The position numbers and the translations under genes are program-made. Below the pieces are notes generated by a model. It did not search any database. It was not told where the DNA came from and worked only from the letters and a program-made list of their open reading frames with translations. From Seison nebaliae (Eukaryota), in NCBI GenBank assembly GCA_023231475.1, contig JALJEE010001081.1:62001-126000 (forward strand): DNA of 64,000 nucleotides. The letters are read 5' to 3'. Below are positions 12,719-24,300 of the stretch, piece by piece (positions within the stretch are counted from its first letter, which is position 1; the number at the start of each line of letters is the position of its first letter).

Positions 12719-15700
12719 ATGAGAACGATCTTCTCCGTTTTGCTCGTGTGTTGGGTGGAAAGGAGTCTCGGAACATTTGACGCTCGGAAAAAACCGCTTA
12801 TACAATTACATTATCATTGTTTGACAAATGAGAATAATGACAAAATATTTATAGATTGTGCTTCGGATGAGAATTCAAAAATTCATATTTTATCCGCATT
12901 CTATGGACGACATTTAAGGAAGCGAAATCAATTCAATTTCAAAAGTAGAAGATGGAAACGTCACACATTAAATACGAATAATGAAATTGATAAGACAGAA
13001 TCGAGAGAAAATCGTAGGACCATTTTACAAAATATGACAACATGGCAAACGCCGTTTAATGGAAATCAGAAGAAATTTCGTCGATTCGCTACTCAATCAT
13101 CGAAATATTTCCATTGGAATTATGAGAAAGAGAAAGAGGATCTGGAGAATAATATGAATGGAAAAAAACGATCAATTTGTCTCGATAATCGATTATATGG
13201 AGAACCGAATGAATTGGATTGTATCGAATATATTAATTTACAGAATGCGTGTAATGGTAAATATAGTTGCACAATTCGTCCACCACCTCGAATTCTTCAA
13301 CGACTCGAGAAATGTGAGAGATTACGTGTCCATTTGAAGAGTCAACGATTCCAATATTATAATTATAAAATGAAAATTAATAAATTTCGTTCGACTCTCG
13401 AACATCTCAAATATTTGCCATTAGTCGATTATCTCGCAATTTATTATCGATGTATACCAAAGAAACAAATACTTTCCATTTGTTCGGTGGCCCCGTCACA
13501 AATAACGTCGTATTGGGGATCGATAATGTCGCCCAATTATCCGTTACCGTTTAATTATCAGAATTTGTTGAATCGTCAAAAGAATGAAATGATGGATAAG
13601 AAGAAATCGTGTTGGTGTCGATTAATATCGAACGAGAATATCAGATTGAAATTGAAAATTATTAATTTTGAATTGGAGCAACCAAATAATCAGAATTGTG
13701 AGAATAGTGGTTTCCAGATTTATACGATCGCCAGAAATTCGATGGATTCAAATACCATCCTCTCCGCTTTCAATCACAATTCGTTAAGAAAACATCTAAA
13801 ACGATCGGGAACTACAACGAAGAATTCGACGAAGAAACTTGATAATTACTTCTCGTTTCCACACGACAATCCGATAAAATATAACAGTGATCGAAATTGG
13901 TATTATAATTGGAATGAACATTATAAGAAATTCGCTGAGCAATTGCAATTCCAATCTTGTACTTTCCTTCAACCCAACAAAGAATGGATCACACCAGATA
14001 ACGGTGATGTCGTTTATCTTCACTTTTATACAAATATCGGTCCATATTCATTACCGAGTGTACGCGGCTCATTCTGGATCTCATACGAAACTGACTCTGT
14101 CACTTATCCGATTAACACGACCTGTAACTGTTCTGTTCCTTTTGACAAGTCATTCTCGTCGTCGAACGACGATTTACACGACTTCGATAACCAATTCCAT
14201 GAATATGAAGAGAACATTTATGGATTGTGGAGAAGACAAGAGAAACAATTGGAAAAGGAACTTCCTCACACGGAGGGACGGGAAAAAGTCAATTATTTCG
14301 AAAAAGCTCATCGACGAGACACGACGACTCCTAATTATGATCCCAAATTAATATTTGCCATCTTGCACGAACAACCCGATCATCAATCGAACGAAGAATT
14401 GTTGAATAAACATGTCCATTACTCGACCATTCCAGCAACTAACCATATTATCGACAAATACGAAACACATCAGTTCTCAGATTCAAATAAATATCTTTCC
14501 ACTTTTCCACCACAATTCTTCACAAAACCACATAAATTCTTCACTAAACCACCACAATTCTTCACTAATCCAACACAACCTTTCACAAATCCACCACAAC
14601 TTTTCACACATCCACCACAATTCTTCACCCAATCACCACAATTTTTCACAAATCCGACACAATTCTTGCCCACTACATCCGAATCTTCTACTGTTGTAAC
14701 AGCGACTTCCACGGATGATGGAAACATTATGATCGACAATTACATGTTCAATGATTCTGTGTTAACTAATGATGATTATTATTTTTTGACTAACCTATTA
14801 GAAATGACGAATGAGGACGATATTGAACTGAATTTGAATGAGATAAATGGAACGTCTTTTCTCACCACAACCCAATCGACAATCGTTAGAGATACAACTG
14901 CCATTTGGAGAATACAAAATTCATCCATCTCATCGACGTTAAAAGAGACTTCCGTTTCCGTCCCAAGTCATCTTCCAACAATTGACTCTACATCAAATGT
15001 TCATAAAATTTATTCAATCGATCAATCTTCTGTCATTCATCTTCCAACGAATTCACCCGAGACATCTTACACGAAACCGTCAACTTACTTTATTAATGAT
15101 ATTCCTCCAATAACCACCTCATACTTCTCCACGACTTCTCCCCTCATTAATTCGACTTCATCCATCGTTCCTTCCATTCCTTCATCCTTCACTACCACCA
15201 CAATTCGTCGTCGAAAAGAAATGGAAAATTCAAAATTCCATTCGAAACGTCTTCCTTCGTCCACACCATCAGCGATGATGAACTTTACGAAACTCACTCG
15301 AATTCAAGTAGATTCAACAACATTCAATCTTCCAATTTATCAGACACAAGCGAACTCGTTAAGAAACCATCATACGCTCCTCAATTCCACCATCATTCCA
15401 ACTAATAGTCAAACACCAAGTTCATTTTAATTTGTTATTTGACTTATTTTTGAAAAAAAATTTGTTTCTAGAAAATAGTTTAATTATTGCTGGATGTCTC
15501 ATCGCGTCTCTATTAGTCATTGGCAATATCATTCTTTTGTTATTGAGACGGTTTTTTTCGATTTTTCAAATTATTTTAATAATTTTCTGATAGACGATCG
15601 AAAAGGAATGGAATGACTTCCTCGTCTCACATAGCGACGACGTCAACTTCAGGAATATTTCCTGAACGTTGGAGCGAATATGCGAAACAGATCAAATCGA

Positions 15701-17769
15701 AACAGAAAACTTTATTTCGATGTCGTCAATCGAATAAGAGTGAACAACGGAAGAATAATGTGCAAATGTATCATCCAGGAAGAAGTTCCTCTACTCTCAA
15801 ATGTCAAAGTGAAATATTCACTTGTGGCAGTCAAATGCAATCGGAATTATCACTATATCAATTATATGGTCAATCGCATGAAATTGAGAATGATATGGAG
15901 AATCAGTTGAATACAACAAAACCTTCAAATTTCATTAATCAATTAATGAATAATGGAAATAAACAATCAACTGATGATATTCATCCAGCTGCTGGTGAAG
16001 TGATTATGTGGTCGAATGAGAATGATGAAGCACTCGTCACCACTGGTGATGGTGAATGGAATCGAATTGAATCACCTTCTTCATTCATCTCTAATAATAT
16101 CCGTTATACGAAATGTGGTTCAAATAATTATGAAATTAATACGACTATACCAGAAGTTATTAATTATAACTCCTCTCAATTATTGCACGCATCAAATATT
16201 AATTCGATGTCTCGATTTCCAACTGATGTCAATTTGAATTATAATAATAACAATAATAAAATCTCTTTCGATTCATCAATTCAACATGAAAGAAAAGAGA
16301 AAGAATGTAATGAAATCATCGTTCAAAATACTGGAACTTATCTCTCATCGTCCATGTCCACGTTGGATTGTCTGGTGAATAAACGGAAGAATTCCATCAG
16401 TAGTTCCAGTCATCCACATCTCAATGATCGTTATCGAATTGAAATCAAATCAAAAAATGGTCTCTACACAAAACATCAGGTGAATTTGTCAGAACCTGAA
16501 AAAAATCGAAATGATTCCTTCACCACCAACACATTCACTAACGTATCGTCAGGCAAATCGACAGGAAGTGATTACTTCCAACGAATTCCAATTAAGTTAA
16601 TTTCAAATTATGAAACTTCATCAACGAACGAATCGAATGATTCAAAATGTTTATTAATTATGGAACTCGATTCTGAGAGAGAAAATAATTCCAATTTCCG
16701 TTCTTGGGAAAATGATGGGAAATGGAAGAAAATATCAGAAAACTCACCCATATTTAACAAAGCCAATTTCCATAAACGACGAAAGAAGAAAAAAAATTCG
16801 AAACATCTTAAACAAAATTATCATTATCCGTTGTCATGGAAACAGAAGTGGAAGAAAAAAAAATCAATTTCTTCCCCAAAAACAATCCCGCGAGTATGGA
16901 ATACTAAATATTCTTCCTCTACAACAACTACTTCAACTGATAGTCATTTATCGATTCATCCGTTAGGAGCGGAATTTGGAACTTTGAAAAGATCTCATCA
17001 AATTCACGAAGAAGATATGATTTTCTACAACTCCATTCCCAAATATGAGCAGAGGAATTGTTCCTATTTTCAAATGACAGGAACAGAATCATCATCGCTG
17101 AGTTTAATATCGAATATTTCAAATTCAACGACGAAAACTGCACCACTCAACGAAATGAATTATCATGAGAATCCAATAAATTTTCATAATTATCGAAAAA
17201 GTTAATTTTCTTCTTTTCTTTCTTTCCATTTTAAAATTTTAATTGTAGATGTAAATCAATCTGATGATTTAGAGAATAATAATTCCATTCCCATCAAACA
17301 TTTTCTCCTCCATCAACATCAGTTGATCTCCTCCACATCCTCTTTCAGTATTTCACTCACTCAAACGAAGACGAAACAATCACCATCTAATTCCACAATA
17401 ACCTTCGACAATTCTCTCTCCGATTCTCCTAAACATAATCAGAAGTTAGTGAAAAGAGGACGTTCTTTTGCGAAACACAACGACAGTCAAACTATGTTCG
17501 TTAAAGAATTAAAGTCGCTAATCGAAGAAAGAAGATGTGACGGCAGAACACATTCCTTAAACACTTCCCGTCCTGAGGTGGAGACAGTTAATGAAATGAA
17601 AGAAATCGAATTTCAACATATTCAACTGAAACCGGTCAATCAACGTCGTTTCGCCTCAATTCCTGCCACAATGGATTCATCAATTATACAATCATCATTT
17701 CAGAAATCAATTGAAAATGAGGAGAAGAGTAACGTACAACGTTTAATTCAAAAATTCTCCAAAGAATAA
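12719..17769 (+). CDS. Single-pass membrane protein: signal peptide, SUEL/galactose-lectin-like domain, CUB domain, Ser/Thr mucin stalk, TM helix, long low-complexity cytoplasmic tail; introns 15420-15471, 15551-15593, 17201-17248
   Basis: IDC...IHILSAFYGR...CNGKYSC...YLAIYYRC (SUEL-like) and GSIMSPNYP...CWCRL...IINFELE (CUB). A short exon at 15472-15550 encodes TM LIIAGCLIASLLVIGNIILLLL followed by RRRSKR. Splicing joins the three ORFs in frame. Confidence 0.75.
14507..14668 (+). repeat. Coding 21-bp tandem repeat, about 7.7 copies (PPQFFT[K/N] heptad)
   Basis: Units such as ccaccacaattcttcacaaaa start at 14507, 14528, 14549, 14570, 14591, 14612, 14633 and 14654. Confidence 0.95.
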
Positions 17770-18593
17770 TTTAAGTAATTATATCATTATCTCTTACAAT
17801 TTTTAAGTATCGTTAGATTTAATAAACAAATATCTAATTCAGATTCAACGATTCTCTCTATTATTCCCATTTTACATTTATAATTACAAATAATTCAACT
17901 TAACTTAAGTTTACTTAATTGTCGAAAATAAATTATACAAAACCATCAGGTGGTTTACAGTTACTGGCAATCTTTTACACGAATTTATTTTACAAGAATT
18001 CATTGATTTGAAATTTCTTTTCGTTCAATTTGTTAATATGTTCATATCAAATTGAATTGTCAATGTTTCTCAATGATCAAATGATATTGAGAATGAAAAA
18101 AATATTGAGACAAAATTTAATTAATTTTACAAAAAAAAATACAGAAATGAACAAAATGGAAAATATAAATTTCTTTAAATTTTTTATTGTTTTTAACGAT
18201 AATATATATGATGGAAAATAATAATAATAATAATAATTTTCATAAATATAATTGAAATGAGAGAGAGAGAGAGAGAGAGTATGAAAAGAAATCGGATAGA
18301 TGAAATAATTATCTTTCGCGATCGAACATGAATTGATTTTGTCGTTCACAACTGACCTCCCCCCTGCACCCCTGGTAACCTTTTGTACAGAAATTTCTAC
18401 CAGATTTTATTGACAAAGTTAATTCCCGAGTTAATTTATTACAATTGTAATCGATCGTCCATTGATTGATTACCATTACACTCCACAATTTGAGTCATTT
18501 TGAAGTGAATTTCCTACAAAGAATTGAATAATTTTCTGTTCACATTCCATTTGACATTTGACTTATTAAGAGTTTTTTGAAAATTTGATCGTT

Positions 18594-21317
18594 TTAACAT
18601 ATAAGTAAATTGTCGATGGTGAAATTGGAGGAGAGAATGGAAGGAGATGAAACAGAAGATTTACACTGGTCGTTCGATACCTCTTTCAATTTGTCGATGG
18701 TCGTCAATAGAAGTTGTTTCTCGTTATCATTCTCACATTTCTTATTCCAAATTGAAGGAATTGTTAGAATGTTATCGATCTTTCTCGTCTCTTCTTCCAA
18801 ATTCAATTCACATCTCGATCTTTTCTTCGAAGATATATCGGAGTTCATTGACGATTCATCAGTTTTCCGACTCAATTGTTTCAATAACGGAAATTTATCA
18901 TCACACACCAGATCATTGACTAATGGTGGTGATGGTGGTTGATTGAAGAAAGTGGAAGCTGAAAGGAATGACGTGAACGCCTTCAAAGGTGGAGATAATG
19001 GAATCGGGAGATTTGTGGATGGTGCTGATGATGATAATGGAATTTTTTGATTTAAATTATTATTATTTTTCAATAATTCTTTATTTACTAATTCACTATT
19101 TTCGGAGGATGTATGTCGTCGTTTTCTTTTGTTTGTACAGGTATTGGGATGGTTGGTGGGAGGTGAAGTTGGTGGTGTCAATTGAATGAAAGATGATAAT
19201 TTCTTATTGTCATTATGAGGAAGGATTGGTGAATTCTTGTCCATATTCTCTCCCAACTTTTTGAACATACGATAATAGAAATCGTATTCTTTCTGATCGA
19301 AATCACCGTTATTGGCAGCAGACGCCACATTCTCATTACATGACATCACATTCTTATTGAGCGAATAATAGACGGTGAAGTAGTAGTAGTAGAATAAAGC
19401 AGAAAGATATTGTTCGACTGATTGACAGAGATTCGTGTCCTCACTCTCTGACATACCCGAGAACTTTTTATAATCATCGAGTTGTTTCGGGGAGATTAAA
19501 GGCGTTTCTGATCCAACTTTCATCAAATTCGAATTCAAACTCAATTCATCTTTGTCCAATAAATCCTGAGTTTTCGATGAAGTAATTGTTGAGTCATTTT
19601 GATTGATATCGAATTTTAATACACGGTACGATTTCCCGCACTCCTTATCGACGATCGATGGTTCTGATGATTTATTATGGTCATTCTCATCATCCGATAT
19701 GACGTGTTGATGTGTTGGAAACGAATTGACTTTCTTCACCGAACAATCATTAGAATTGGTGGATGTTGACGATGTGGTTGGTATAAGCCATTGGTCATTA
19801 AATTTCAAATCGTTTTTAGATAATTCTTCGAATGAGGAAGTGAATTTGGTGGAAGTGTTTCCAGTTGATCGTCGTTTTCTCTTATTCTTTGTCATATTTT
19901 CTTCGGTCGATTCGTTCTCTTTCGATTGAGTTTTAGATGAGTCGTGAAAATATTCATTGAGTATCGACCAACAGAACATAAATTGGAGGGCTTGAACGAA
20001 TTCATAAATCATTTTTTCTGATAATTCTGGTGGTTGATCTTTGGGGCCATTTGGTATGTTGAATGTAGATTGATTTTCATTATTTTTATTATTTTGTTGA
20101 ATGAGTGACAAGAGGAATTCGTGGAAGAAACTTTTAATTTTTCCATTCATATTAGTCGTCTCAGTCATTTCGTCATCATCTGTCGAATTGAGACGATTCA
20201 AATTCAACATCTCCTCCATCGATTCATTTAATATCAATTCTTTATTTTGTTCTTTTTTAGATAACTCCATTAATTCTTGTAGTTTCATGGCAATCAATTC
20301 TGATGATGATTTCGGACATGACGGTATTGTGGATGATGGTACAGAAGACGATCTCATACCACCAAATGTCGACGCCAAATATGAATCGGTGTGATTACTT
20401 CTCGTTCGACATCGTTTGTTATGATGATGGAGAGATGATGATACTGATGAATTGATAATCATATTATGATTTTGAGTTCCAGTTCCGTTGTTGATGACAC
20501 AACGTTTGTTGAGTGAATGATAAAATTTTCCGTTAATTATATTAATTATTTCTCGGAAATGTTTATAGAAAGTAGAAGTTTTTGATGAATGAACATTCTC
20601 TCCTTCTGTCATCTCTACGTCTGACGTCAATTCTTCTTTGTAGTAACATTGAATGAAATCGGCGTCGGAACAAATGGTGGAATTGTGAGGTGAATCGTCG
20701 GAATTGTTCGTCTTTTTTAAATGTCTCTTCAACTTTTGTGAGAAGCGTTTGAGTAAGACACGTTTATGGAGACAGTTTCGGGGAGTTGGTGGCATGTTCA
20801 TGAATTGACAGGTATCCATTTTGGTGGAAGTGACACAAACCGGCTGTAATGAACTGACATGCCCCTCACCGTTCTTCGTTGTCATCTGTTTGAATTTGTC
20901 ACATTCGGATATGAAGACGGTGGAGAGTTTGGTTCGTTGGAGAATGTTGGAAGATTTCTTTTTGGGACCATTTTTCAAATTTTGAGTTCTCCTCATGATC
21001 TGGTTGGAAAGTTTGTTAAGTGTGTAACATTTGCGAGCTGATTGATTAATATTCGTATTCGTTTGTTGTTGAATGGATTGAGAGGGTGTCTGCATATTTT
21101 TCAATATCGAATTATTCCCACTTGAATTATTATTGGGAGTTATTTGAGAATTATTCAATGAATTGGTGGCAGTACATGGATAATATCCTTTATTTCTCAA
21201 TTTGTTTATCGTCAAATCCAACAACAAATTCTCACAATACCGGAACATCGCCACCGTTTTCAAGTTGATGTCCAATGGAATATCCATCGATTTTTCGTCG
21301 TTCATCTTCTTGTTCAT
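18594..21317 (-). CDS. 907-aa low-complexity nuclear protein, putative transcriptional co-regulator (possible split SERTA/IER-like motif, C-terminal eh1 motif)
   Basis: Long intronless ORF with an in-frame stop just upstream of the ATG. NLS-like KNKRKRR/NKRKRR, C-terminal FTIDNLL and N-terminal PLDINLK. The function is inferred. Confidence 0.7.
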   Translation of the reverse strand: MNKKMNDEKSMDIPLDINLKTVAMFRYCENLLLDLTINKLRNKGYYPCTATNSLNNSQITPNNNSSGNNSILKNMQTPSQSIQQQTNTNINQSARKCYTLNKLSNQIMRRTQNLKNGPKKKSSNILQRTKLSTVFISECDKFKQMTTKNGEGHVSSLQPVCVTSTKMDTCQFMNMPPTPRNCLHKRVLLKRFSQKLKRHLKKTNNSDDSPHNSTICSDADFIQCYYKEELTSDVEMTEGENVHSSKTSTFYKHFREIINIINGKFYHSLNKRCVINNGTGTQNHNMIINSSVSSSLHHHNKRCRTRSNHTDSYLASTFGGMRSSSVPSSTIPSCPKSSSELIAMKLQELMELSKKEQNKELILNESMEEMLNLNRLNSTDDDEMTETTNMNGKIKSFFHEFLLSLIQQNNKNNENQSTFNIPNGPKDQPPELSEKMIYEFVQALQFMFCWSILNEYFHDSSKTQSKENESTEENMTKNKRKRRSTGNTSTKFTSSFEELSKNDLKFNDQWLIPTTSSTSTNSNDCSVKKVNSFPTHQHVISDDENDHNKSSEPSIVDKECGKSYRVLKFDINQNDSTITSSKTQDLLDKDELSLNSNLMKVGSETPLISPKQLDDYKKFSGMSESEDTNLCQSVEQYLSALFYYYYFTVYYSLNKNVMSCNENVASAANNGDFDQKEYDFYYRMFKKLGENMDKNSPILPHNDNKKLSSFIQLTPPTSPPTNHPNTCTNKRKRRHTSSENSELVNKELLKNNNNLNQKIPLSSSAPSTNLPIPLSPPLKAFTSFLSASTFFNQPPSPPLVNDLVCDDKFPLLKQLSRKTDESSMNSDISSKKRSRCELNLEEETRKIDNILTIPSIWNKKCENDNEKQLLLTTIDKLKEVSNDQCKSSVSSPSILSSNFTIDNLLIC

Positions 21318-24300
21318 TTCTCTTAATCAATTCGACATCGAATCAGATACTGATGAAGGAATATTGATCACGGATTGAATCTTCTAGATCAGTTTCGAAA
21401 GAAGCAAATCGAAATATCTGACGACTAAAGAGAAAAAAATTTTTTTTAATTAATTTTAATAAATAATTAATTAAAAATTATATCGATATCAATTAATTAT
21501 TAATCATTGTTAATCAATCGATTAATTGAATTGATGGTCTAATTAATGAACGAATTAGATGATGAATGTAATTCGTATAATTTGTGTAAATAGTCTACAT
21601 GGGATTGGAAGACATAAATAACATTTCCAGTTATCAGGAGTGGCTGGGGGAAAATAGAGAAATGAGAATAAATTAAGACATTCATAAAAGTTGTGTTGTG
21701 TCATGTTGATTTCTGGGACAGGAAATGGACGGAAGTAAAAATGAAGAAAGAAGTTATTTAATAGTGAAATGGAAGTAATAGGAATATTTCTCCCCCTCAA
21801 TCTTCGTACCAAATGAACAGAATAACATAAGCGGAAGGTTAGGCGAAAGCGGAAGAAGACCGAATAAGAGGATGAGGAAGAATAAATTGTAATGATATAC
21901 ACATTATATTTCCCTATAAAAAACATTTTGTTTCTATTAAAATACTTCTCTCTTCTGACTCAATTACCTTATTTCAGTCATCATCATCGATGAAATATTC
22001 TTTCTCCGTATTCTTATGTTGATGATTGTCATAATTGTTATGATAACAATGTTGTTAATAAAGCCGACGGTTGTGGTGATGGTAATCATAATTGTCATCG
22101 TTCACATGATCATAAATACGTAGATGATGTTGATGATGGTACATAGTGACAGGAAAGGCTGATTTTACACGTACCCTAAAAAACTACTCATACTTTTCTC
22201 ATTTAACAAATATGTAGAAGTTACTTGATTTCACTTCACCTAATAGGAATAATGAGGGGAAGATAAGAAGTCGTGAGAATTAAATTGCGCCCGCTAACGG
22301 ACGTAAAAGGACTGTTTGGTTCCCTTTGTTGGAATGGAGATGAGATGTACACATGAAATGAGTGGAATAATATAAAATGATTATCGTCATTCTAGCAAGT
22401 AAGTTATTAAGTTTCAATTGAGAATTAATCTGTTTGTATTCGTACATCGGTAACGGTATTAAGGGGGGAAGCCCATCTGTCGAAGAGAAGACGGATTTGA
22501 TATGATAGAGATAGTTAAGTAAATCGCTTTCATCTTCAGGTCGATTGTTTCTCTTCGTCTAATTCACTTCTTAATACATATTCGATATTTATGATATCTA
22601 GAAGGGAAAGATGATGCTACACGAATTAAAGAGTAGTATATGTATGTGTGTAAATAAATAGATATTACGACGAGAGAAGAAAGCATCAACATCGATTCAT
22701 TAATGTTTTTGTGGAGACGAATGTTCCCCCAATTATTTATCTTTCTACCTTTCTCCTTTGTGTTAAGCGATTGCTCTTTCTATTAAAGAAACTTTTCCTA
22801 TCCGAACATGTTGGCGGAGGTCTCTCTCTCCCCCTCACCATCTCCCTCAAATCGATTTGAATATAATAGAAAGATTTTTCGTCGCCTGTCGATTACCAAT
22901 CGGCATCAATGTAAAAACAACACGAAATGAAAAATGCATCATAACAATCATCATCATCATCGTTTAATTCCTCGAGTTTGTATGTACAAACATACCACCA
23001 ATTCGGAATGAGGATGAGACTGAAGGAATCATAATTATGATAATATCAAATGATTGTTGTTTAGGAATAAATGTGAAATTATCATAAAATAATTCTATTA
23101 CTGATCTTTAATCGTCTCGTCAATGATGAATGGCGAAGATAAAGAAAATATTAATAATAATAATTAATTACGTGAACAGTGTCAGGAAGAGAAGAAGATA
23201 GAACCGTTAAGATGGAGAGACGATACATGTCAATCAAACTAGAAGAAATTGATTATTTAGAAATAACTCACTTAGGGAAGAATAGTGTGAAAAACCTATT
23301 GACTTTAACACGGACACTAATTCACCCAACTACTACCATTTACTCCGATTAATATCACAGTGATATCGCAACTATCTTCATCTTACAAATCGGGTGGGGG
23401 GAAGGGTGCAACAAATGTGATAAAGAGAAAATTATTAATTCAACTTCAATTCATACTTGAAATTGTTTCTTTCCTTTTTTGAAGTATCACTCCTCTCTTC
23501 TCTCACCCCAAACACGGATTACTACCACTAATAATAACAACAATAATAATAATAAGAAGAATTTTGTCTCTCGTTGGAAGAGTGTGGCAACCAGATTATT
23601 AGTAAACACCCCGTAACTCCACTAAACCGAATTGTGTGAACTCGATTGAGAGTTTAATCAATTTTTATTATAAAATATTTGGTTTGTGGACTAGAGGGAA
23701 ATTAAGCTTATCTAATTCGAAATGAGACGCGACAATTCTATTGTCTCCAATCCCTGTTGTTGTTTGAGGGGGGACTGTTAATAAAAATGTCACTGATGCC
23801 ACCGAGTGATAATAGAGAAGAATAAATGGTGTGAACAAAGATGAATGGAAGATATTTCCGATTAACAGAACAATTGATTAAAATGAAAGAGGGAAGATGA
23901 TTCGAGAGTAGAAAGTTGAGAAAAGGTTAAATTGTATCTGTATCGCATCGCCGTAACCGTACGACGACAACAGAAGGCGGAATGTAAAACAAATAGAGGA
24001 ATAGGGAAATCAAAATAATGATGAATACTGAAGAATTGTTGGGGGAAGAAGACACAGAATGATGAGTTAGCTTTTAGTACAAAAGGTGGAGCGGTTGTTG
24101 TGTATGATACAGTCTTCGATCTGTACTTAATTATTGTGGAGGAAATGTGCGTGTCGTGTTAAAGAGAATAATATGAAAGAAGATCTCTACTTATTGCGAA
24201 TTATCGTTATTAATAAAAAGAAAGATAAAACATTTCTGAAAGTAAATATACATATCTCTCCTATTGATTAATATAAAATAATTGCCTGCCGAATTGATAT

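Noticed and set aside
14507..14668. Possible CRISPR-like array
   Set aside because: The units are contiguous with no spacers and lie in frame within a eukaryotic CDS.
14470..14739. Minus-strand ORF with VKNCGG repeats resembling a Cys-rich protein
   Set aside because: It is the antisense shadow of the PPQFFT coding repeat.
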